Shown: one piece after another, positions 39,537 to 50,469 of the stretch
Layout of the letters: each line of letters opens with the position of its first letter
Numbering within the stretch: position 1 is the first letter of the stretch
Assembly: GCA_044892525.1 (NCBI GenBank)
Contig: CM097885.1
Span: 236,532,001-236,596,000, forward strand
Direction of reading: 5' to 3'
Length of the DNA: 64,000 nucleotides
Origin: Schmidtea polychroa
Lineage: Eukaryota
The notes under the pieces: generated by a model
Seen by the model: only the letters and a program-made list of their open reading frames with translations
Database searches by the model: none
What the model was told of the DNA's origin: nothing
Translations under genes and position numbers: made by a program

Positions 39537-39977
39537 TTATAATAGAGATTTTAAATCTTTATAAATTTCTTGGATTATAGATTTAAAGCCAGTCCCCTTT
39601 GAGGTATTCAATCTATATAAAACATATAAACTTAAAATACCACATATTTTAGTATTATTAGGTTGAACTTGTAAAGAATTAAAAGTATATTCCTTTTCAA
39701 GATAGTCTTCTACTTCTTTAGTGGGTTTAATCCCAAAAGAATCAAAGTATAAAGGGACTCCTTCGTCGATATATATACAAACCCAATGAGATCCTTTTTC
39801 ATTTGAATCTTGATAATTGATTATTATATTATTTTTTGGAGCTTTGTTCTTCAATTCATCATTCATTAATATTTTAATTTTTAAATTTAATTAATATGCA
39901 TAATCTTTTAAATCAAAATTTGTTTTTGTATTTATTCCAAATGTTTTTAAAAAATCTAATACCCCCGGGACATTCAT
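39537..39977 (-). pseudogene. Adenain-like cysteine protease (in-frame stop upstream of the catalytic ORF 39537-39866)
   Basis: GSHWV, YFDSFG and Q......CG catalytic motifs. Confidence 0.88.
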
Positions 39978-40790
39978 TTTATATATTTATTAAATTTATC
40001 TTTTGAAATTATTCCTTGTTTTAATAATTCTTTTGAAATCTTTAAAATATCAGAATCTAAATTATTATGTCCTGCTTTTTAGCAGCTAATAGTTTTCTTA
40101 ATTCTATAAACTTAGAGATTGGATCGGTTGTCGTTCCGAAGGTCGTCCCGAGACCTTCTTTAACAATATAACCCCTTTCATTTTATTTAAATAATTCTTT
40201 AAATCTTGAATATGTTTTGCTTTTGGACTACCATTTATTAATTTTATAAAATTTAAATATTTTTTAATTTCTTCAACATCATCTGAAGGATATCCACAAA
40301 TTAATCTATAAAAATCATCTGTAAATTCATAGTCTAAATATTCATTATTATAAACATTTTGTGAATGAATATGTGATTTATTTTCTGAATTTGAATATAA
40401 AGTAAAGTTTTGTTTATTAATTGTTATAATTTGATATCCTTCAGGAGTAATATTAAATATAGGTTTAATTGAATCAGATAAACCCTCTCTAATTTTAGGA
40501 TTAACTTTAAGAGGTTTTGTATTTGAAAGTATTTCTTCTTCTACACCTGAGAGTTTTCTACGTTTTCTTTGATTCCTTTCGGTGGTTGGTCCTTCTATAC
40601 TTGGTCCTTCTATAGCTTTAGGACCTTCAGTCTTTATGGCTTCTATAGCTTTAATTGTTGGTTGTTGTTGTTGCATCATTACCTCATTTAATACTAAAGA
40701 TTGAGAGCGTTGAGTCGTATCTTTTATATTATACTTGTCTTGTTCTGATTGTAATTTTTTTTAAAGTGCTAATCTTTCTTCATATACCAT
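39975..40790 (-). pseudogene. Conserved Polinton protein, frameshifted
   Basis: 191-aa ORF plus a shifted C-terminus LRKLLAAK(K)AGHNNL...ISKELLKQGII, resembling an LL....AG.N...EL...GII motif I associate with Mavericks. Confidence 0.5.
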
Positions 40791-40801
40791 TTTATATATC
40801 A

Positions 40802-41377
40802 TCAATTTACCATTTGACCTTCGGACATTTGACCTTCGGACTCTTCGGATTCAACAACTTGAAAATATAAACCTTTACCTTTTTTAAGTTTACGAAGGCA
40901 TCCTTTCTTCAAAGATTTACACATTTTTTTTAAATCATCTTTATCTTTATATGATAAAGATTCAGATGTAGAAATTTGATTTTTTAAAAAATCATTTAAA
41001 CCTCGACCTTTATATGGATCGAGGTATAAGCCTCTACCTTTATAAGGATTGAGATATAAACCCTTACCCTTCTTTTTCATTGAATCGATTTCAACTTGAA
41101 GTTTTTCTGTTTTCAAGTCTGTCTTTTGAGATTCTTTAGCTTTTTGAACTGTAGTTGCAATTCCTCCAGCTATTCCAGCTGCACCTGATAAGCCTGCAAT
41201 GATTGCAGGTATTAAAGCCATTAGGGGAAGAATACCACCTTGCTTAGTCGAAGACTCCATACGCTTTTTAACCTGTTCTTTTACATGTTTTCCAATAAAA
41301 TATTTTTTTCCATCAATTAGTACTGATTTATTTTTATTTGAATTTATTAATTCTTGTAAAGATTCTTCAGTTGTCAT
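40802..41377 (-). CDS. Basic virion core or membrane-active protein candidate with protease-site-like Gly motifs
   Basis: KQGG|ILPLMALIPAIIAGLSGAAGIAGG amphipathic segment and repeated KG(K/R)GLYL. Confidence 0.6.
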   Translation of the reverse strand: MTTEESLQELINSNKNKSVLIDGKKYFIGKHVKEQVKKRMESSTKQGGILPLMALIPAIIAGLSGAAGIAGGIATTVQKAKESQKTDLKTEKLQVEIDSMKKKGKGLYLNPYKGRGLYLDPYKGRGLNDFLKNQISTSESLSYKDKDDLKKMCKSLKKGCLRKLKKGKGLYFQVVESEESEGQMSEGQMVN

Positions 41378-41393
41378 TTTATAATAAATAAAA

Positions 41394-42161
41394 ATGGATA
41401 CTTGGAAACCAATTTTAACTCGGCACAAGAGTAATTTTAATAATAAATTATTTCCTGATAATTTTAGATTATTAATCGTTGGGTCTTCAGGTTGTGGAAA
41501 GAATGTACTTCTTTTGAGAATATTACTAGAAGGGTTTTTAGATTATAATAATTTAATCTTTTATTCTACAACTATAAACCAACCAGAGTTACAACTTTTG
41601 AAATGTGGATTTGAAAATAAATTAACTAAAAAAGCTATAATCGATATTTTTAAAAATCAACATAGATGTCCTGATGAGGTTTTTCAACCTTGTGATATGG
41701 TTGATTGGTATAAGGAAAAGATTTTAGAATCAGATATTGATAATAAAAGTGATTACATCTCTGAAAATGAATGGATTAAAGTTTTATTCTCTAATAAACC
41801 TGAAGATGTTTTTCCTAAAGATGTAAAGAATCTAGTTATATTTGATGATGTTGTTAATATGAAAAATCAAGAGATTCAAAAGAGTTACTTTACACGAGGT
41901 CGACATAATAATTGTAATGTTATTTATATATCTCAAACTTATTATGCTTTAGATAAAAACTCTATAAGAAATAATTCTAATTGTTTTATATTTTTTAAAT
42001 TAGAAAAGCGTGATAAGAATATGATTTATAGTGATTTATTTTCAAATGTTGAACCTGATAAGAGTATGTTTGATATGTTTGTAGATAATCATTGGAAAGA
42101 AAAATATAATTATATTTATTTGGATAGAGAAGAAGGTGAAATATGGAAATGTTTATTTTAG
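41394..42161 (+). CDS. A32/FtsK-like genome packaging ATPase
   Basis: Walker A GSSGCGKN, Walker B LVIFDD, RGRH.N..VIYISQ and IR.N. Confidence 0.93.
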   Translation: MDTWKPILTRHKSNFNNKLFPDNFRLLIVGSSGCGKNVLLLRILLEGFLDYNNLIFYSTTINQPELQLLKCGFENKLTKKAIIDIFKNQHRCPDEVFQPCDMVDWYKEKILESDIDNKSDYISENEWIKVLFSNKPEDVFPKDVKNLVIFDDVVNMKNQEIQKSYFTRGRHNNCNVIYISQTYYALDKNSIRNNSNCFIFFKLEKRDKNMIYSDLFSNVEPDKSMFDMFVDNHWKEKYNYIYLDREEGEIWKCLF

Positions 42162-42172
42162 AGCTTGTCGAC

Positions 42173-43552
42173 TTAGAAATCTGTTTTCTGTAGTTCATTA
42201 TTATAAAATCTGCCTAATATTTTTTCATTATTTTCATCGATGATACCATATGTTATTGGAATTGTATAATGTATTTTATTTATAATAAAAATTTCATTTG
42301 TCCATTTTGCTGTAAATCCTTTTTCAAATTTATTTTTATATTTAAATATTCTTACTCGGTCACCAATTTTAAACTTTGGTTTTTCATTTACCACTTTAGC
42401 GGTTTCAGGATTTATCAAAGGATTTATAAGTTTTAAAGGATTCAAGGAAGCATTTAAAGGTGTTGATTTTTTAGAACTATGTACATCATTATTATATTCA
42501 TTTACAATCTTTTGTAACAATTCATTGTTCCATTTTTGTTTTCCAATAGCAGTAAAATATTTCCACATTTTATTTTTTAATGTTCTATTTAGCCTTTCAA
42601 CTACGACTGCTTTTCCTTCGTTTTCTGTTGAATATAATTTAATATCATTTTCATTTAAAAACTTTGTAAAAACTTTGTTATAAAATTCTGTTCCTTTATC
42701 ACACCATAAATATCTTGGAATTCTTTGATGTTCTTCAAATATATTTTCAAATGCTTCTGTAATAGAATATCCTGTTTTATTTTCTAAACATCTTGCAAAA
42801 GCAAATCTTGTATATAAATCTATTACTGTTAAAATTATTTTATATTTTTCAAAGTCTGATGATTTGGTTGGCATAAAGACTAAATCAGCAGATCATGTTT
42901 GATCTTTTTCATGTACTTGAACTTTTAAATATTTTTTATTTTTTCTAAATTCATTGGCATATTTTATTTGTGATTCTGTTGGGAATAATAAACTAGTCTT
43001 GGATGCACTCTCGAGTTGATTCTCAATCTCTGCTTGTTGAATAATCTTTTTGTTGGCAACATCTTTTGCTATTCTAGGAAGTCCGGCTCCAAAGGTGGCT
43101 CCAGCTCCAAAAAAGATTTTACCCTTCATTGCTAATTTAACTAGAGCTCTTTGAATCTTTTCTTGGGTTGATGGGTTTTCTATACTATGTAAATCATGTA
43201 TTAAGTTTACATCTGCAAGGTGTCTATCCCTAAGGTCTTCAGAATTGTAAGCAATATCATGTTTTAAAGCTGCTTGATCAATTCTATTTATTGGTTCTTC
43301 TCCAGGTTTAGGATTATTATTTTCATCAAGTCTAATATCTAGACGGGTTCCAGGTCCAGTAAAATTGTGATGGAATAAATGTCTTTCACCTGGATATTTT
43401 TCAGTTGTAAAGGGTTTCAATATTGAAGATGTTGTTTTTGAAGATTGTAAGTCTCCTCCCAATCGAGATGTATGTTTTTTAGTTTTAACATGACTTGCTT
43501 TATGATGTTTTCTAACTTGACAATTACAAATTTCACATTTCCAATAAGACAT
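42173..43552 (-). pseudogene. Zn finger-PLA2-like-retroviral-type integrase fusion interrupted by one in-frame TGA (42893-42895)
   Basis: CEIC...H.....H; NFTGPGT...INRIDQAALKHDIAY...ADVNL; DQT*SADLVFM, VIDLYTRFA, WCDKGTEF, VERLNRTLK and FKIGDRVRI, all in the same frame. Confidence 0.85.
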
Positions 43553-43561
43553 TTTTAAAAG

Positions 43562-44858
43562 TTAATTTTTTACATCTCCTCGTACATTTTCAATTATTGA
43601 AATCTTTCCACCATATAACTTCATTTCTATTTTCTTTTCTTCTAATATTAATGTATATATTTTTGCTTTAAAATTAGAATCCTTTGTTATATGAAGTGTA
43701 ACATCAACATTATTTATAGCTAGACGATCATCTTGATCTGATACATTTATACAAAATATAGAATATAAATTTTTGAAATCTTCTAAACTTAATTGTGGTT
43801 TAACTTTAAAATCATAACATGTTTCAATATAATTTAGATATGGGAATATGTTTTCATTATTTTCAATATTAAATTCCATTCTATTTATTGGATAATAAGA
43901 ACTATTTAATTGAATTTGGATTGATTTTAAATTATCATCTCCAATCTTTTGAATAAACAAGTTGTTATTTTTTTGGAAAGATGAATCTGTTTCTTTGAAT
44001 CCAATTAAGATATATCTCGGTCGGTATGCTAAATTTGCTACCTTTATAGAATATGTTGAACCCTCTGTCATACTAAATTCACTACAGATTCTATTTAAAT
44101 AATTTACATTTATAGATTTGTTGGAATTTAATCTTTCAAGGAGTTTGATTTCAGATTGAGGATTTAATGTCCATTCAGGTATATGTAATTCAAGTGTTCA
44201 TATTTTTCATTTAGCTTTTGTATCTACACCTCCATAGAACAAATTTTTATCACCTTCTATTCTATTACAGGTTAATTCTATAAAAACATTATGAAGTATT
44301 CGGTTATAGTTTTGAAGAATCCAAATAAGTGTTTTAATTCAAAATAACCTTCAAATTTTTTAGATTTATAAAGTTCAACTCTTTTATGGTAACCATAATT
44401 TATATCTAAACCATCTTTATCTAAATCACCTTTATTAACATCAGGGATCCAACCTGTTAATTCACCATATTCATTTTTATAATCACAACCAGTTAATATA
44501 AAATTTAACATTGTAGAATATACCCCTGGATGTAAAACAGTTTCAATTTCTGATGATCCTAGTTTTAATCTCATGTTGGAGAAGAAATTTGGGAAGAAAT
44601 TGTTTTCTAGAGTTATATCTTTGTTTGCTTCAATTTCTAATTCAATTTTATAATATAATTTAGCATTACAAATATCTATAGGGTTTGATGTTTGAAGAGA
44701 TTGAAAAACTATATCACCCCTACGATTTAAGTTTGCAATAGATCCTGAAGTTGGTGATATTTTTAAAATATCAATTTTTTTAATTTCATGCATAAATTCT
44801 TTATTGTAATCAAGATTTAGTTTATTTTTTCTGAAATCTCGAGATTTATATTATTCAT
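43562..44858 (-). pseudogene. Major capsid protein (double jelly-roll), frameshifted
   Basis: ENNFFPNFFSNMRLKLGSSEIE, LKHLFGF, RPRYILIGF, IQIQLNSSYYP and FKNLYSIFCINVS. Size and position fit Polinton MCP. Confidence 0.78.
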
Positions 44859-44896
44859 TTTTTATAATAAAATTTAAAAAATGACAAAAAATCCGA

Positions 44897-44979
44897 ACCC
44901 TAATAGCGCAGTGGGAATAGACTGGCACTGTGGTTCAAATGGATAGTGGTTCAAATCCCAACTGACATTATTTTTTTTT
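44897..44979 (+). ncRNA. tRNA-like Pol III unit 1
   Basis: A-box TAGCGCAGTGG at 44904, B-box GGTTCAAATCC at 44948, T9 run at 44971. Confidence 0.65.
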
Positions 44980-45116
44980 CAACATAAAATAATATTAAAA
45001 ATTTGAAAATAATATTGAAAATAATTTTGAAAATAGTGTGGGTATCTTGTATATTTTATTTTTTTATTAATTAATTAATTTTTAAACATAAATATGAAAA
45101 AAAAATTATTGAAACG

Positions 45117-45197
45117 GGTGTGGTGGCGAACCGGTAATTATCGGCACCAGTCTTTCAAACACCCCCCGGATCGATCCCATAATGTGCACATTTATTT
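45117..45197 (+). ncRNA. tRNA-like Pol III unit 2
   Basis: A-box TGGCGAACCGG at 45124, B-box variant GGATCGATCCC at 45168. Weak terminator TTTATTT. Confidence 0.55.
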
Positions 45198-45619
45198 CTT
45201 GGTTGTTTTCGGACCTCTTTCGGATTCGCTTTCGAATTCATTTGTACTTTCGAGCAGCACGCTTAAAACCGAGAAGCTGCTATTATCGAATTGATTCTGA
45301 TGTATGAGTCTGGCCAGCTTGTATATTGGAAGAGATTTGAAAGAGGTTGAAATGATCCGGATCAAAAAAACTGTTGAGAGGACAGTGGAAAAAATAAAAA
45401 CAAATACCACTGTCCTCTCAGAGCAGTTTTACTATTTCATAAATTTTTTTATTCAAGGCATTAAGATTTTTAAAATAAATAAATAATGGTCCTAAAAAAT
45501 AAAATAAGGGACAAGACTTCTAAAACAATTAAGGAGACTTTTAAAACGCGCAAAAAACCACTTCGGATGGTCAATTCGAAAATTTACACACAATAGGATT
45601 AATTAAATATATTATATAA

Positions 45620-45701
45620 GCCATTATAGCGGAGTGGGAATAGGCTTCAGTTTTATCACCGGGAGTACCAGGTTCAATTTTCGATTTTGGTCAATTTTTT
45701 T
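45620..45701 (+). ncRNA. tRNA-like Pol III unit 3
   Basis: A-box TAGCGGAGTGG at 45627, degenerate B-box GGTTCAATTTT at 45671, GCCA/TGGT end pairing and a T7 run. Internal TTTT present. Confidence 0.5.
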
Positions 45702-45856
45702 CGATATTTTTTTTTCAACGGAATTTGATTCAGCGTACTGATTTTAGTATATATTTAAATTTTCAGATCGATCTGAGTGGTAGTTGTCGAGAAAATGAAT
45801 AATTAATTTCATCAATAAATAGTCACACATTAACAACTTATTTTATATTGAGTATA

Positions 45857-45938
45857 GCTCTAATAGCTTAGTGGTAATAGCACTCGACTGCATTGCCAAT
45901 ACCAATGGGTTCAAATCCCATTTCCGTCAATTTTTTTT
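45857..45938 (+). ncRNA. tRNA-like Pol III unit 4
   Basis: A-box TAGCTTAGTGG at 45864 with a GCT/AGC D-stem, perfect T-arm ATGGG-TTCAAAT-CCCAT (B-box at 45908), T8 run at 45931. Confidence 0.7.
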
Positions 45939-46105
45939 CAAATTTTTTTAACGAAATATTGATCAGCATACTCGATTTAGTACTTGTACAAATTTTTAAG
46001 GTGATTGGTCAACGGAAACTCTTGGAAATTTAAGATCAAAAACGTTTTAACTTAAGCTACCAATGTACATTAGATAATTTAAAATATTTTTATACTATTA
46101 ATATA

Positions 46106-46355
46106 GCAAATTGCGCCGTTTGCTAGTTTTTAATATTTAAAATTTTTATGTTTTACAAGTAGTGGACGTATGGCCTTCACGGCGTAAACCTGTATCCGCG
46201 ATTCCTGGTAAGGGGATTAAGGATTTGGCTTGGTAAATTAGGGGTTTTTATGACTAAAAGATGTAAAAATAAAGGGTTAAAAAGATGGAAATATTTAGTT
46301 TTTAAGCTGGACGGCTAAGAGGGGGTGGTGCCGTGAAGGCCATACGTCCACTACT
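46106..46355 (-). repeat. Polinton right TIR
   Basis: Reverse complement of 32970-33219. Confidence 0.95.
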
Positions 46356-46453
46356 ATTGATTAATTAAAAATACAACATTACCTTTGATTTCTTTTTCTC
46401 TTTTTGATTCAATTTGGCAATATATTTAATTGACATTATATTTAATAAAAAAC

Positions 46454-46657
46454 TTGACATTGAACTAGTAAATATATCGATGTTTTTTTGATATTCCCGA
46501 ATTTTCAGCACCGCCTTTTTTAAGTGATTTTTAAAATAATTTTTTGTTAATAAATCTTATATCTGTTAAAATAAAATTATTACTTTTTTACTGTCGTATA
46601 TTAACGAGATCCACATAAATATTTTATTAACCTGTTAAACGCGTAGTTCAATGTCAA
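46454..46657. mobile_element. MITE of about 200 bp with 14-bp TIRs
   Basis: TTGACATTGAACTA...TAGTTCAATGTCAA. A related left portion lies at about 11065-11140. Confidence 0.55.
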
Positions 46658-47399
46658 AAGTCTTGTGTGTAGCAAATTTAAAGACACGACGTTTATACTT
46701 GCTGAAAGCAAGATAAAGCCAATGGCTTTGCTTTAGATGGTGTAGAACATTAGGTGATGTTGGGTTATTATTGTAAAGTCGTTACCACACTCTGACTACA
46801 CGCATTTTTTATTTAAATTAAAACAATTACATCCAGCACAAAAAAATTTATTTAATTTCACCACAATTTCAAGAATACTTTACTTTTATCTGAATGTGTT
46901 AAGGTAGGTATTTCAAAAGGAAAACCACCTTTTCTGGTACACCTTTAATTGATTTGATTGACTAACTCTAACTTCACCCTTTTATCTTTGACTATTCTTT
47001 GAATAACTCTTCCAAATTTTATCCTTGACCAACTGGCAACTAGTGACCAATGTCCTAACTTCGTATACAAGATTAGCTCCTACAAAATTTCAAAACAAAA
47101 TAATTAAATTAGGCAAACAAAATTTCACAATCCAAAACAATTAATTAAGATGTATTTCTGTTAAAATCGAATTAATTAAGCAGACAACCTATCGCCTTTA
47201 TGTCCAAAGACTATGTTCAGCTATTCCTATTATTGATTTTTGAGGAAATTATATCTCATTATTTTCCTCATTTATCGCACAGGATTTCTACAAAGCTCGA
47301 GGTTTCCGCATACCAGTTAAATTCATATTTTTCTTAACTAATTTGTATATTTTGAAAACTTTTTTGTCGGGGACCCCATTGATTTTATATCTTTGTATT

Positions 47400-48170
47400 T
47401 TTATTTGTCTCATAATTTACATTAGCCCACATTTGTTGTTCCTGCAATATGTCTATTTTAAATTTTTTAATTATTTAATTGATTTTTAATTTTTATACAT
47501 TTTGCGATATTTTATAGATATGCACCCAATTAAATTTCTTTTGCATTACTCTAGACAAACAACGACGGTGATATGGATTAGCAATTGAGGTTCGTCACTT
47601 ATTTTTCCCAATCTCTGGATGTCGAATGACAAATTCTTCAATCATGCTATCTGCACATTCGAACAAAAATATGTAAACGATTTGATTTTCCATTGTTTTT
47701 AGAGAGTAAGTATGAATTTAAAAAATTGATGTCGATTGGGTGAAGAAATATTATCTTGCGGTATTTCTTCATTCTTTTCAAGCAAGATTATAATGATACA
47801 ATTATTCCACGCCTTCTATATTCTCCAACCATTTTTTTACCATATTCATAAACTACTTCTGGTTTCTTTATTAAAACACCTTACTTCTATCTTTCCATCA
47901 TATTAGCAGAATGAATTGTATTAGGTAGAAAAACATCCCTTTTGTCCCGCCATTTCATTTTGTTGTTATATCTTGTAAGGCATTTTTCAGTTTTTAGCAA
48001 TTTTTATATCTGAAGGAACATCCAGTTAGTTTTTTCTTACTGTAGCAACAACATCTATCTTACACTCATATAATTCTTCTGTAATTATCATAATAGTGTT
48101 GGGTTAGAACTGATTTCTGGACCCAAAAACTAAATTCGTGACTGAATTGTGTCGGTACATGGCATACAAT
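47400..48170 (-). mobile_element. piggyBac (PGBD4-like) transposase relic
   Basis: Hand translation gives IDVVATVRKN*LDVP, MKWRDKRDVFLPNTIH and IKKPEVVYEYG. Boundaries approximate. Confidence 0.75.
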
Positions 48171-48974
48171 TCAGCCTTAAGTTTAGTTAAAATAAAAACA
48201 TATAAAACATCAACTAAACACTAATAATAAAGAAAAACACACCCAAAATATAAAACATCTAAATTAAAATAAAACAAAACATAGCAAGAAGTACTACACG
48301 TATTGTACTCAAATATAACCAAAAACATAAAATAACTGAAAAACAAATCCGAATCAAGGCGATTCAAAAAAATTAAAGAAAAAATTAAATAAAATCTTTA
48401 TGAAAAATTTTATTTAGGAAAAATTACAGATAATTTCGATTAAAAATCTAGAACAATCCATAAAAATGGTGAAATCTACTATGGCCGCTAAAAGAACTAA
48501 TAAAAATAATAAAAAATAAATATTTTAGTTAAAAAAATAAAAATAAAAGTTTTCAATAAAATTTTAAACAAAAAAATTTAAAAATTAAGAATTAGATTAA
48601 AATTAACATGTAATGTTCTGGAAATTATCAAATACATCATGCATGCCAATTTTGCAAAAATTAATTCCAAATTAAAATTTAAAAAAATAAAACAAAAATT
48701 ATTGCGAAAAAGTCGACTGAAAAATTGATAAAAATTGAAAATAGAAAGTTCCAGAATAAAAAGATTTCGGATTGGTTTTAATGCACTAATGCATGTACAC
48801 CAACTAGCACACCGAAGACTAGGTATATATACCGACACATTTTAATCATTCAACACTCTTTATGCCAAATTTTTGATTTTTGGTATCCAGCATTATTGTC
48901 GAAAAGTAAGACCATTCATTCTATTATATTATAAAAATATTTTTCATAATTACATTCTATTATATTATTTTCAT

Positions 48975-50080
48975 AAAGTACAGGCATGATAAACCTAATT
49001 TGTCTTGGAGCAGGCAGCCCCCAAATATTTACCCGTGTAATGATCATGATCTTTAACTGGGTTTTTTAATAGTTTAATGCACAAGTAACAAATGGTTGAA
49101 GAACGAAAGGATCTTTTTTGGTCAGAAGAAAGAAATTCCATTTTCTTTTTGGAATTATTTAAAAAGTAAGGTAAAACTATTTTTTGACCAATATCATTTA
49201 TTTCAGTCAAAAATTGTTCAATACAGTTTAAACTATAAAAACTCTTATATATCTTTTCACCAGTAAAATTATTCATTAATGATAGTCCGGCTGAAATCGA
49301 CAAGTGGAGCTGATAATATTTATCATCCTTAGGTAAAACAACCTCAAAATCAGCATATACGACAAAAGAAGCAGTCACAATCTTAGACCAATCTTTAAAT
49401 AGCAAGTTCTCATCGGAAAGTAAACTTTACAAAGTTGTACCTAGTTGTTTTTCTCACATAATACTTGATGTTTCTTAAAAGCTTCAGCCAATTTGAATCC
49501 ATTCAAGCATCGCTCACACCAAATATTCTGAATTCTAACATTTGAAACAGTATTGCAATTCAAGAGCCTGTCAAGAATAGTAACTGATATGTAATGAAAA
49601 GAGTCACTTTCCTCCAACAAAATTAAATTAATGGGAATTCCACCTACAACTTTAGACCTATGTATGACATCTACAAAAGGATGTTTCAATACTTCCTTAT
49701 CATTAACATTTATAATATAAGTCAAATTCATCATACGAAAGAACATTAATCGCATATCCAGGATTTTTAGCCTCAAATTTCAGGATATTGTACAATTTCA
49801 AATCAGAAGAGTCAAAGACAATTTTATAGCTAGATGATCTATTTCGGGAAAATCTACTAACCTCATCGTATTATATAATAGACAAAATACTATAAATGAA
49901 ACACATATCGTCAGTGTTTTTTACATTAACCATACCATATTTTAAGGATAATTTTGGAGGAGTATCAATTCCTCCTTGACCACTCGACTTACTTATTTTT
50001 GAATATTTTGTCAATTTAAAACTAATTTCCTTAATTTTATTAATTGACCAGTTGCTACCATTTTCGCAGACTTCAGTTAT
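48975..50080 (-). mobile_element. Fragment of a different Polinton pPolB gene
   Basis: ENGSNW, KNTDDMCF, INLILL...HY, CERCLNGF, FVVYADFE and DHDHYTGKYLGAAC. Divergent from 33247-36554. Confidence 0.85.
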
Positions 50081-50469
50081 TTGTTTTCATTCAAAAGAGC
50101 AATACCATCTAAAAAGGTATCCACTCATGGGCTTCGCCGAATTAGATATTATAAAAGAATGAAATTGTCCATCTTTTTCAAATTCTACATCAATGCAGAA
50201 TTTAATTTAATATCCCATTTCGGATATAACAGAATTTAATTTAGTTAATAATGGTGCAGGAGTAATTAATTTATTTAAATTTAAAGAAACCATTTTAACA
50301 ATAGCATTATTCAAATTAAATTTAATTAAACGTGCATTTGAACCATCATATTGAACAATATTTTCGTCATTTTAATTTTCGATTAGTATCAATATTGGGT
50401 TCTGTGGTGCTCAGAGAACATTAGAATCAGTATCTGAAAAACTAGAATTTTAACTTAAATTTAGAAACT

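Larger units (their letters stand above)
32970..46355. mobile_element. Polinton/Maverick (polintovirus), 13,386 bp, both ends intact
   Basis: AGTAGT...ACTACT termini, 250-bp TIRs, 6-bp TSD ATTGAT (32964-32969 and 46356-46361), and pPolB, protease, ATPase, integrase and two capsid genes. Confidence 0.97.

Noticed and set aside
45290..45345. Hammerhead ribozyme (CTGATG...GAAA) in the Polinton arm
   Set aside because: The core reads CTGATGT and no supporting stems are present.
45094..45486. Short ORFs in the Polinton right arm and ORF 11706-11954
   Set aside because: Reading frames are not preserved between the two homologous copies because of indels.
44897..45938. Canonical tRNA genes
   Set aside because: Acceptor and anticodon stems do not form convincingly, so they are reported as tRNA-like Pol III units.
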